This document shows positions 28,149 to 36,703 of a DNA stretch of 36,703 nt, piece by piece (the stretch's first letter is position 1; each line of letters opens with the position of its first letter). The notes beneath the pieces are model-generated. The model was not told the origin of the DNA and searched no databases. It worked only from the letters and a program-made list of their open reading frames with translations. The stretch is from Candidatus Altarchaeum sp. (GTDB lineage: Archaea; Altiarchaeota; Altiarchaeia; Altiarchaeales; Altiarchaeaceae): contig JAGTWP010000002.1 in the NCBI GenBank assembly GCA_018260755.1, forward strand, positions 1 through 36,703. The letters run 5' to 3'. A program made the position numbers and the translations under genes.

Positions 28149-29405
28149 ATGTCAAAAATAAAAGTCGGTGTTATAGGGATCGGAACAATAGGACACAGAG
28201 TTACTGCTTATGGTGCAAGACAAAAAGACATGGAAATTTGCGGTGTTTCCAAAACAACCCCCGATGATGTATATAATATAACTGCAATGCTGTGGAAATC
28301 CGGAATTCCTGTTTATGCTTCATCAAGAATCGGAAAGGATGGTTTAAACAAATCGCTTGAAGAATTCAGGACTTATTTTAATAAGGTAAAAGATAAAGAA
28401 AAAATTTACGGTGATGTCAATGAATTGGTTCCCGGAACTATTGCGGATTTGGTTAACGAAAGTGATGTCATTGTTGATGCCTCAGCAGGAACTATAAACA
28501 AGACAAGTGTTCCAGAATATAACAAGAAAGAATTTTACATCCCGCATAACGAAAGAGCAGGCAAGAAAGTTAAGGTTATCTTTCAGGGCGGTGAGAAATC
28601 GGATATTGGGAAAATTTCATTCAATGCGGCTGTAAATTATGATGAAGCAATAGAAGTAGGAAGAAGCGATGAACCATACATCAGGCAGGTTTCATGTAAT
28701 ACAACGGCACTTTCAAGAATTTTGTACATCTTTCTTGAAAATTATACAATAAACAGAGTTTATGTTGTAATTGTTAGGCGTTCAACCGACCCAGGAGAGG
28801 AAAGCAAGAACATACTTAATGATATTTATATCGGAGAGCATTTGCCTTCACATCATGGACCTGATGTTGAAGAAGTATTTAAGAACTATAAAAATTTTAA
28901 AAATTTAATTGACCAACAAATTTTGACAAGTGCGATAAAGGTAACAACCGACCAGATGCATATTCATGATATAACACTTACAGTTCCAGTATCCGCTCCT
29001 TACAGCGAAGAAAATTGTCCAACAAAAGAAAAATTTATTGAAATCTGCAAAAATTCAATATTAAAGAATCGTATATCTCTTGAGGACAAAGTAATACACA
29101 CCTCCCGACTGAGAGAATTTGCGAGGCGAAAGGAAAGAATGCTTCATATAAACAATAAAATTTTCCCGAACTGCGGAGATATGTTTGCAGTTACTGTCGG
29201 ATTAAATTCTTATGCATTTATAAGAAGAACAACCATGTATGGAAATAAGTCGATTCATTTAAAACTTCAGACAGCAGTTCATCAGGAGGCAATTGTAATT
29301 CCCGATACGATTGATGCAATAAGAGCATTATGCTATGATAAATTACAGGTTTCAAGGGATGATTCAATAAGAATGACAGATGAAAGTTTGGGGATGAACG
29401 AATAA
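28149..29405 (+). CDS. gap: Archaeal type II glyceraldehyde-3-phosphate dehydrogenase
   Basis: GIGTIGHRV, FQGGEK, catalytic VSCNTT, SHHGPDV, HQEAIVIPD. Confidence 0.9.
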   Translation: MSKIKVGVIGIGTIGHRVTAYGARQKDMEICGVSKTTPDDVYNITAMLWKSGIPVYASSRIGKDGLNKSLEEFRTYFNKVKDKEKIYGDVNELVPGTIADLVNESDVIVDASAGTINKTSVPEYNKKEFYIPHNERAGKKVKVIFQGGEKSDIGKISFNAAVNYDEAIEVGRSDEPYIRQVSCNTTALSRILYIFLENYTINRVYVVIVRRSTDPGEESKNILNDIYIGEHLPSHHGPDVEEVFKNYKNFKNLIDQQILTSAIKVTTDQMHIHDITLTVPVSAPYSEENCPTKEKFIEICKNSILKNRISLEDKVIHTSRLREFARRKERMLHINNKIFPNCGDMFAVTVGLNSYAFIRRTTMYGNKSIHLKLQTAVHQEAIVIPDTIDAIRALCYDKLQVSRDDSIRMTDESLGMNE

Positions 29406-29761
29406 TAAATTTAACAGCAATATATAAATGTAGAAACGGGTTTGGGTATCGCGATGTTGTTTTTTTTGGCTTTTTATAACAATGCCCCTTGTTATCGCAA
29501 TCGGAAATTTTATACCTTGTGCCAAAAAATAAAACAAAATTTTCCAAATGTTTCCGTTCTGCTGAAGGAGCAAATTAAAATTTAATATTTCAACTGTAAT
29601 TTTTTTTATATCCAATATCTAAAAATGGAAAAAGGGAATAAAAAAGAACCAATATATGAAAAACTTGTTCCAGGTGAGATTTTGATAGGTTATATACCAT
29701 ATAAAAGGGAACACATTTTTGCTCTTATAATCAAAAATCCAAATTTATAAAGCATCCAAAT

Positions 29762-30841
29762 TTATAAACCCTTTACAAATTTTCCTTCAAGCATAATCTT
29801 GCTCACATCACTACTTTTACATCTATTTACCAAACTCGTTATTAAATTTTTACTGTGTCTTAAATTTAGACCATTTTTATTGATAAATATAATGTCAGCA
29901 ACTTTTCCTTTGTCTATGATTCCAGCGTTTAAATTTAACGCTTTTGCAGGATTTATTGTCACTGCTTTTAAAATTTCTTTTGGTTCAACAAAGTCATGGA
30001 GGGATGATATTTTGTAAGCGAATTCCATTTCTGCCCATAAATCAGGAGAGTTCAGCATCACATTATCTGTTCCCAGACAAACATTAATTTTTGCATCTGT
30101 CAATTGCCTTAAATTTGGAATTCCACATTTAAGAATAGCATTGCTTCTCGGACATAAAACAATTGTTATTTTGTTCCTTCCTGCGGCTTTAATTTGTTCT
30201 TCACTCGGATTTAAAAAATGAATAATCATATCGGGCAAAATTTTTAAGTTGAACACTTCTGAAATTTCATCTTTTGCTTCACCGGCATGCACCGCAAATA
30301 TTTTTTTATGCGTTTTGATGTATTTCAGCCCTTCTTCGTAGGTCTCAAAATTTTTCAGATTATATAAATTTAATCCGAGCCCGTCAACATAATCCAGGTC
30401 ATCAATCTGGACATCCCGTGCTAAAATTTTTGCTTTTATCTGAATATTTTTTATACTCTTTTTTAATTGCTCAACCCCGTTCATTCCGAATTCCCTGAAA
30501 TCAACAAAGGTTGAAATTCCCGAATCGAGCATTTGTAAGCATGAGTCCTTCATTGCATCCGAAATTTCCCGCTGGCTCGCCTTTTTATAAAATTTCCACT
30601 TGCTTCCGTTCTTTCCGCAGCACTCTTTCGCATTTAAATTTTGAACCGCGTCTTTTGCAAATGAGTCGCCGATGTGTGTATGTGTGTTTATTAACGAAGG
30701 CATAACCACAAAATTTTTAAAGTCCGCACCATCACTAACATAACCTTCATTACACTCTGAAATTTTTCCATTTTCTATTACCAAATTTCCTTCTTCAATA
30801 ATTTCAAAATTTTTGTCAAGAAAGGAACAATTAATGAGCAT
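29762..30841 (-). CDS. Metal-dependent amidohydrolase (deaminase-like)
   Basis: INTHTHIGD, VHAGE, CPRSN, LGTDNVM, TINPAKAL motifs. Confidence 0.88.
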   Translation of the reverse strand: MLINCSFLDKNFEIIEEGNLVIENGKISECNEGYVSDGADFKNFVVMPSLINTHTHIGDSFAKDAVQNLNAKECCGKNGSKWKFYKKASQREISDAMKDSCLQMLDSGISTFVDFREFGMNGVEQLKKSIKNIQIKAKILARDVQIDDLDYVDGLGLNLYNLKNFETYEEGLKYIKTHKKIFAVHAGEAKDEISEVFNLKILPDMIIHFLNPSEEQIKAAGRNKITIVLCPRSNAILKCGIPNLRQLTDAKINVCLGTDNVMLNSPDLWAEMEFAYKISSLHDFVEPKEILKAVTINPAKALNLNAGIIDKGKVADIIFINKNGLNLRHSKNLITSLVNRCKSSDVSKIMLEGKFVKGL

Positions 30842-30907
30842 TTTTATTAAATTTATAAATTTTATTGAATAAATTTTGCCTTTGAGACATCCGCTTATTA
30901 TTTCACA

Positions 30908-30956
30908 TTTCTTATTTCTATTTCTTATTTCTATTTCTCATTTCTATTTCTCATTT
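30908..30956. repeat. 13-nt tandem repeat TTTCT(T/C)ATTTCTA, about 4 copies, overlapping the protease pseudogene stop
   Basis: Seen directly in the sequence. Confidence 0.8.
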
Positions 30957-31458
30957 GGCGGATCAAGAGATATACCTGAATTTTGCATAAAGAAGACGCC
31001 TATGATAACCTCCTCTATCAGGTTGTCTATAATAACAAATTCAGGATTATTTACAGAAAAGCCACCTATTTTTATTTCTTTAAATCTGGCTTTTTCTCAT
31101 TTTACTTTACTGCCATCTGCCAAAATGGGATTAAAAATTAGTATTTGTTTAGATAATTGGATTTTACTGAAAACTACAGGTTTTCAATCTTTAAAAATTT
31201 ATGAAATTTTTAAATTACCTCGTCATATTTGATTTTATAGTTATTTTCAAAACCCAGAGTTTTGAAAATCTCCGAGCAACAGCGAGGTGATTTTTTCACA
31301 CTTTTCACACTTAATTTTTTAAGTAGCAAAACAAATACAAAAATTATTCTTTCAGAATGATAATACATTATATTCACACCTTCACCGCTTTTAAATTGTC
31401 TTCTGATATAATTCCTCCCTGCTCCACTGTCAAATAGTGCCAGAAGATTTTGGCTCAT
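30944..31458 (-). pseudogene. Clan AA (retropepsin-like) aspartyl protease disrupted by MITE-B and an in-frame TGA
   Basis: Removing 31141-31338 plus one TSD gives MSQNLLALFDSGAGRNYI...ERIIFNPILADGSKVK*EKARFKEIKIGGFSVNNPEFVIIDNLIEEVIIGVFFMQNSGISLDPPNEK* (DSG, LADG and IIG motifs). Confidence 0.85.
31141..31338. mobile_element. MITE-B copy 2: 198 bp, imperfect 14-bp TIR, 8-bp TSD AAAAATTA
   Basis: GTATTTGTTTAGAT...AGCAAAACAAATAC; AAAAATTA at 31133-31140 and 31339-31346. Confidence 0.92.
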
Positions 31459-31550
31459 ATTTCTTAAGGAGTGATTAATTATATTTGTTATAAATTATAT
31501 TTGAAATGAAAACGAAAATTTTTAATATTTTAAATTTTTGTAGGTTATTT

Positions 31551-33194
31551 TCATTCTTTATAGCATTCAATGATTTCCTTTTTCGGAACATAAACATCTT
31601 GAACCGCATAATTCTCAAACGAAACCGAATAATAATTCGCAAATGCCTCTTTTATTTCGTCATTTGCTTCTCCCTTAACTTTAACATAGTATGTCCTTCC
31701 AATGTGATTTCTGACAATTTCTCCGTCTTTAACAACAATTTTTCCATCCTTTATTACATACTTTGCCGATGAGAATGAATTAGCAATATTATTTTCATCA
31801 AATTTATAAATTGCTATATCCGCATCTGCTCCTATTCCGAGATGTCCTTTATTTTTTAATCCCATAATTTTAGCAGTTGCTGCTCTTGTAATTGTTGCTA
31901 TTTCCTGCAAGGTATATTCTCTGTCAAGATCTACTAATGTTGTTTTTTCTTTTGCTTTTGCGTTTATTTTATTAAGCATTTCGTCTCTTTTCTTTTTGCT
32001 CATTAAATATTCAACAACATTCGGATAATAATAAAACGGACCGGCATTAGGGTGATCTGTTGTAAGGCAAACCTTGAACGGATCTTTAATTAGCAGTAAA
32101 ATTTCCAGTCCGATTGCCCACTGAATCGCATTTACGGCATTATTTTCTTTAAATACATAAGGAACAATTCCAGCCCCTGTTTCCATTTCAGCATCAACAT
32201 TCGCCCATTTATTTTGATGCGAAAGCTTATAAACAGTATGCTGCCACGGTCCATCTGCTGTCATCGTTGTTGCAGGTCCAAAAATAACCTGACCTACATC
32301 AACGGTTACATTATCGCAGGAATTAATTTTGTTTGAAATTTCGCTTGCCGCAGATGCAAAGCTTGCCCAACCATCACCTGCATAAGAATTGAACTGAATG
32401 TGGGTTATGTGAATCGGCTCGCCTTTGAGCGCATCAATGGTTTCCAAAGTTGTTTTGAAATTTCCGGGAGAACCGAGATTGTTGCAATGAACATGAATTG
32501 CATGAGGCAAATTTAATTCTCTTCTGACTTTTGCCAGATTTTGTAAAATTTCCCTCGGAGTTACTCCGTAATTTATTACCGGATCATCTAAACTATTCAC
32601 ATTCTTTCCCCATTTCCAGTTCTCAACACCACCGGGATTTACTATTTTTATTGCATATCCCTTTGTCGCATTAAGCAAAAAGCCAACATAATTTTTTAAT
32701 CCGTCAAAATTATTGTTTTTGATATTATCAAGCACAAAATGATTGCTCCCCATCACAATGTAAGCAGTTTTATCAATTAGCGGAATATCATTAAGTTCTT
32801 CGTGTGTATGTCGTGTTGCTATCGGAGGACTTGCTGCTTCTGCAACAAATGTATAACCGAGTTTGGCATATCTGTATCCTGTAACAAAGGTAGTCGGGAT
32901 TGTATAGCCTGTTCCGCTTCGTGTGATTTTTGTTTTGCGGACAACATCTTTACGATGGTCATCAGGACACATAACTCTTGCCTTTGTTACTTTTGGTCCT
33001 GCAATATGAGCATGTATGTCAACACCTCCGGGCATTACGATCATTCCTTTCGCATCAATAATAATATCCTCATTATTATTTCTTTCATTCATTGGTTCTT
33101 CAACGACCTTTCCATTTTCAATATAAATATCTATTATTTCTCCGTCAATCTTATTTATGGGGTCATAGACCTTTCCGCCTTTTATTATCATCAT
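31551..33194 (-). CDS. fwdA: Formylmethanofuran dehydrogenase subunit A
   Basis: GGVDIHAHIAG, KIVNPGG, HVHCNNLG, THIQFNSY, TTDHPNAGPF. Confidence 0.96.
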   Translation of the reverse strand: MMIIKGGKVYDPINKIDGEIIDIYIENGKVVEEPMNERNNNEDIIIDAKGMIVMPGGVDIHAHIAGPKVTKARVMCPDDHRKDVVRKTKITRSGTGYTIPTTFVTGYRYAKLGYTFVAEAASPPIATRHTHEELNDIPLIDKTAYIVMGSNHFVLDNIKNNNFDGLKNYVGFLLNATKGYAIKIVNPGGVENWKWGKNVNSLDDPVINYGVTPREILQNLAKVRRELNLPHAIHVHCNNLGSPGNFKTTLETIDALKGEPIHITHIQFNSYAGDGWASFASAASEISNKINSCDNVTVDVGQVIFGPATTMTADGPWQHTVYKLSHQNKWANVDAEMETGAGIVPYVFKENNAVNAIQWAIGLEILLLIKDPFKVCLTTDHPNAGPFYYYPNVVEYLMSKKKRDEMLNKINAKAKEKTTLVDLDREYTLQEIATITRAATAKIMGLKNKGHLGIGADADIAIYKFDENNIANSFSSAKYVIKDGKIVVKDGEIVRNHIGRTYYVKVKGEANDEIKEAFANYYSVSFENYAVQDVYVPKKEIIECYKE

Positions 33195-33235
33195 TTTGGT
33201 AAAATTTTAATGAAATTTTAAAAAATTTTAAATTT

Positions 33236-34531
33236 TTATTGCTCTTTCATTTTTTCTTTTAGTCGTTCAATTATTCGTTCCAAAATTTCCCTGTCCGGAG
33301 GAAATTCCGAATTCACAACCTTTTTTAGTCGTAACGGAATTCCATCCATTCTGTAGGCAGTTCCTTCCGCTTCTATGCCAGCAGTCGCACAGGGAATAAC
33401 AACCTCGGAAATTAATGCCGTAAGGGAAAATTTCGGGTCAATAGTTATTACAGGAATACCTGCAAGATGCCTTGCGGCTTCATTGGGAAAATGGGCAACA
33501 GGATCTGTCGCTACAATCAATGCGGCATCGCATTCTTTTCTTACTAACATTTGCGTTGCAGAAAATTCTCCCGGATTGTATCTTGGATATTGTAATGCAA
33601 AATTTATGGAGAAAGGATAACCTGACTGCCAGCCCCATACATGTACTGCCCCGGCTACATTATAATGCCCGAGCATAGGAATAATAGAAAATTTAGTCCA
33701 TTCGTTCAAATCCTTAACAAGAGAAATGGCGTTATCAGTATTTAATTCCTTTCCAAACGACTGAGTTAAACCCATCCCGTAAAACACAACGCCATATTTT
33801 GCATTTTTCATCCGGTTTGTTAAATTTTCAAGGTCTTCCTTTTTTACTCCTGTAATTTCTTCAACATTGTCCGGAATTCCCTGCCCTTTAATTGCCGCCC
33901 TTATTATTGAAATTAATTCATAATCCTTTCCATGAGAAATTTTTATAAATTTATCTGATTTTTTTGCTGTACTGGTTTCTCTCATATCTATTGTTACAAT
34001 GTATCTTTTGCTTCTGTCGCTCCACATTCCTTTTGCAGCCCCTGAATATCTGTTAAAGAACCTCGGATGTGCTTCAATCGGATTGCATCCCCAGAATATA
34101 ACCATATCAGCTCTGTTCTTTATTTCTCCCAATGTTGCGGTTGTTTGTCCGACACTCTGCAATGCCATTATACTGGGGCCGTGACAGACCGAAGGTAACT
34201 GGTCAATTGTTGCCCCTATTAATTCTGCAAGTTCCAATGCCTTACTTTGTGCCTCGCATTCTGTTGTTGATAATCCGAATATTAAAGGATAATTTGCATT
34301 TTTTAAAATTTCAGCAGCTTTATCTATCGCTTCATCTATTGAAACATCAACTAAATTTCCTTCTTTTTTGAGCATCGGGCTTTTTACTGCATTGACATGA
34401 TGTTTCATAAATTTTGTAATGGAGATTCCACAGCCATTCTTAACGCTTTTTATCTCGTTATTTTCAACATTTACGATTATGTCATCGCATAGAGATCCGC
34501 AAAACGGGCACGGAACATTTTTTATTTCCAT
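33236..34531 (-). CDS. fwdB: Formylmethanofuran dehydrogenase subunit B (Cys form)
   Basis: CPFCGSLCDD, SVCHGP, TLGEIKNRAD, GHYNVAG, GTAYRMDG. Confidence 0.95.
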   Translation of the reverse strand: MEIKNVPCPFCGSLCDDIIVNVENNEIKSVKNGCGISITKFMKHHVNAVKSPMLKKEGNLVDVSIDEAIDKAAEILKNANYPLIFGLSTTECEAQSKALELAELIGATIDQLPSVCHGPSIMALQSVGQTTATLGEIKNRADMVIFWGCNPIEAHPRFFNRYSGAAKGMWSDRSKRYIVTIDMRETSTAKKSDKFIKISHGKDYELISIIRAAIKGQGIPDNVEEITGVKKEDLENLTNRMKNAKYGVVFYGMGLTQSFGKELNTDNAISLVKDLNEWTKFSIIPMLGHYNVAGAVHVWGWQSGYPFSINFALQYPRYNPGEFSATQMLVRKECDAALIVATDPVAHFPNEAARHLAGIPVITIDPKFSLTALISEVVIPCATAGIEAEGTAYRMDGIPLRLKKVVNSEFPPDREILERIIERLKEKMKEQ

Positions 34532-34532
34532 T

Positions 34533-34898
34533 TTATTTTAATTTTTGTATAATTTCTTTGACATTTAAGATATTTTCATCTGTTTTTAAAATTTCCACCT
34601 CAATTCCCTTAAAATCGGGCATACCTGTCCCACCGGTATTCCCGCCTATAAGTATATTTGCCCAGGGTCCCATAGGAATAAGCAAATTTCCTTCGTCAAT
34701 CACAACTTTACCGCATTTAACAACGACCTCTCCATAAGATGTTTTTGCTTTGAGCAAATCACCTTCTTTCAGGTTAAATTTTGCCATGTCATTTTCATTG
34801 AGAAATGCAATTGCGCAGGCATCCTGGTAACTTTGAGAAAGTTTGCTTTCTTCCATTGTCATACCCTGTTTTAGAGTTCTTGCAGTTATAAGTTTCAT
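34533..34898 (-). CDS. fwdD: Formylmethanofuran dehydrogenase subunit D
   Basis: ITARTLKQG, IPMGPWAN, TGMPDFKG. Confidence 0.93.
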   Translation of the reverse strand: MKLITARTLKQGMTMEESKLSQSYQDACAIAFLNENDMAKFNLKEGDLLKAKTSYGEVVVKCGKVVIDEGNLLIPMGPWANILIGGNTGGTGMPDFKGIEVEILKTDENILNVKEIIQKLK

Positions 34899-34996
34899 CC
34901 TTGTAAATTTTTTGATTTTATTGGTTTTATAATTTATAATTTTATTATTAATTACAGAATTTGATTATTAATTATTAATGTTAATAAAAATTATTA

Positions 34997-35035
34997 AAAT
35001 TTTAATGCAAAATTTTAATGCAAAATTTTAATGCA
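34997..35035. repeat. 13-nt tandem repeat AAAATTTTAATGC x3
   Basis: Seen directly upstream of fwdD. Confidence 0.85.
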
Positions 35036-35062
35036 ATATTATTGTGGAGGCAATAAATTAAT

Positions 35063-36568
35063 TTAAATCAAAAGCCAGTACTTCAATGGTAATTTGACAA
35101 ATTTATCATCAACCAATTCAAGTTCATCACTGCCGATGATTATTCCATAAGAAAAATTTTTTATCTTTTTAGCAGTATCTTTTATCTGTTTTATGCCATA
35201 GTTTTCTTTATTAAAGCCTATTTCGATAACAATCTCTTTGTCTTCGTTTTTTAAAATAAAGTCTGCACCTTTTTTTGAAGAATCATACATAAATTCAATC
35301 CTCGGACATAATTTTTTGAAGTCCCGAATAAATATCATAGAGCAATAATCCTCAAGTATTTTACCTTTAATCTCTACGGGATAGACGCCTCTTAATATGC
35401 CTGAACGCAACGATGGTGAAATGAACAAATATTTCGGAGGCTTCCTTATTTTTGTATATTTCCCGCCGTAACTTCTGATTTTCATTAGAATTCCACTTAT
35501 AACTAAAACATCTAATAGCGATGTTAATGTACGATGATTAATTTCCAAAGAACTACATAAATTTCCATAATTTATCGTGTCCGAATTTGCTAAAAGATAA
35601 AGCAAATCATTTATTTTTGACAACGTTTCCGAATTAAATTTTTTAAGTATCAGAATGTCTTTGTTGATTAACTTCTCAATGACATTTTGGATTGTCTCAT
35701 AAATTTTTTGTTTAGTCATTTTTGTTTTCAGTGTAAAAGGAAATCCGCCAATATCTAAAAATTCTTCTTCAATTCCTAAAGGCAAGGTGGCAAAAAAACT
35801 GTTTGCCATTGACAACGAGGAATTAAGCAGAGCATATAATTCCTTGGCATTTTCGCTTTTTAATATCGCAGTTGACAATAAGTAAGAAAAATTTTTTACT
35901 GGAAATTTGTTTTCTTTCAACATTAGGTATTCCGTAAATTTGAGGGGATAAAGTTCTTCAAGATGTGCCCTTCTGGCTAGGTCGGGATTTATCTTGATAT
36001 TTAAAGCAGAAGATCCGGTAGCAATAACTAAAATATTTTTGTGCCCTTTGGTTCTGTCAAAAAGGGTTTTTAAAAAAAGCCCCCATTGTTTGTCATAATG
36101 AACTTCATCCAGCAAAATTAAAAGTTTTTTGTTTAATGTCTCAAATCTGAATCCTTTTATTTCCTCATAAAGGCCAAAGAAGTCATTTAAAGTAATGCCT
36201 TGTAAATGCAGCCGGCTTACATCAAGATAAATTTTCTCATAGTCCTCTGTAAATATTTTTTGATATCCTTCACTTATTTTTACGAATTTCCTAGCATAAA
36301 AAATCTGGGCGAATAGCGTTGTTTTCCCAACACCTCTAATACCTGACAAAAGATTGATTTTTTCTAATTCCTCAATATTATTATTTAGGAAGTTTTCCAA
36401 AAGGGTTGCGTAATGAGAAAAAATATAACGGGTTGGCAGCAAGTTGTTGTTTTCATCATAAATATATCCCAAAAGAAAGTTATCAAGCTCCGTTGTCCAC
36501 AACCTATAAAATTTATCTAATTTCTCTGATTTTATATTGTTCATTTTACTTAATTTTATATTGTTCAT
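35063..36568 (-). CDS. AAA_14/DUF4143-type ATPase; start region duplicated (alternative ATG at 36544)
   Basis: Walker A GIRGVGKTT, Walker B LLDEVH, ATGSS, PLKFTEY and C-terminal ADFI..VIEIG nuclease-like motif. Confidence 0.85.
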   Translation of the reverse strand: MNNIKLSKMNNIKSEKLDKFYRLWTTELDNFLLGYIYDENNNLLPTRYIFSHYATLLENFLNNNIEELEKINLLSGIRGVGKTTLFAQIFYARKFVKISEGYQKIFTEDYEKIYLDVSRLHLQGITLNDFFGLYEEIKGFRFETLNKKLLILLDEVHYDKQWGLFLKTLFDRTKGHKNILVIATGSSALNIKINPDLARRAHLEELYPLKFTEYLMLKENKFPVKNFSYLLSTAILKSENAKELYALLNSSLSMANSFFATLPLGIEEEFLDIGGFPFTLKTKMTKQKIYETIQNVIEKLINKDILILKKFNSETLSKINDLLYLLANSDTINYGNLCSSLEINHRTLTSLLDVLVISGILMKIRSYGGKYTKIRKPPKYLFISPSLRSGILRGVYPVEIKGKILEDYCSMIFIRDFKKLCPRIEFMYDSSKKGADFILKNEDKEIVIEIGFNKENYGIKQIKDTAKKIKNFSYGIIIGSDELELVDDKFVKLPLKYWLLI

Positions 36569-36593
36569 TTTACTTATTTTATTTGTATTGTTT

Positions 36594-36703
36594 TACAATT
36601 AAAATGTATGTTTTATTAGTATTACTCTACAATTAAAATGTATGTTTTATTAGTATTACTCTACAATTAAAATGTATGTTTTATTAGTATTACTCTACAA
36701 TTA
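36594..36703. repeat. 34-nt perfect tandem repeat TACAATTAAAATGTATGTTTTATTAGTATTACTC, at least 3.2 copies, runs off the window end
   Basis: Units at 36594, 36628, 36662 and 36696; no spacers. Confidence 0.95.

Noticed and set aside
29406-29761. Short ORFs between gap and the amidohydrolase (e.g. 29364..29615 minus; a 41-aa plus-strand ORF from about 29625)
   Set aside because: Possibly gene debris, but no family is recognisable and I cannot support a call
31097-31099. In-frame TGA as selenocysteine or recoding
   Set aside because: Non-catalytic position in a gene already disrupted by a MITE; no SECIS recognised; all other genes use TGA as stop
30876-31458. ORFs 30876..31232(+) and 31210..31458(-) as genes
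   Set aside because: The first is antisense to the protease relic plus repeat; the second is the protease N-terminus reading into MITE-B
33236-34531. Selenocysteine-containing FwuB
   Set aside because: The active-site codon is Cys (SVCHGP) in an uninterrupted ORF
36594-36703. CRISPR array (34-nt repeat)
   Set aside because: Repeats are head-to-tail with no spacers

Overview
AT-rich archaeal chromosomal segment. The gene set (group II chaperonin, eIF6, L31e, Hel308, type II GAPDH, ThiDN, fwdDBA for the archaeal Wood-Ljungdahl pathway) and low GC suggest an Altiarchaeota-like anaerobe; this is inferred, not verified. Most of the window is housekeeping: molybdopterin, thiamine and menaquinone genes, translation factors and formylmethanofuran dehydrogenase. 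Five things stand out. (1) A family of modular palindromic DNA cassettes, made of hairpins joined by TAC/ATC linkers plus a covarying CC-GA-NN-loop-NN-GA-GG hairpin. It occurs inside two different MITE types (distinct TIRs, 8-bp TSDs) and as a free 47-bp tandem array. (2) An intact IetAS-type AAA-ATPase + S8 protease module sits inside a rpl31e-eif6...mqnD run. (3) mobB is split by a -1 shift at an in-phase A-AAA-AAG heptamer followed by a 30-nt coding repeat. (4) Locus-specific tandem repeats are pervasive, and those inside ORFs have unit lengths that are multiples of 3. (5) Several decayed TA/defence-type genes are present, two of which can be rebuilt by removing the MITEs. No rRNA, tRNA or CRISPR array was recognised. 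All family calls come from motif recognition, not from database searches.
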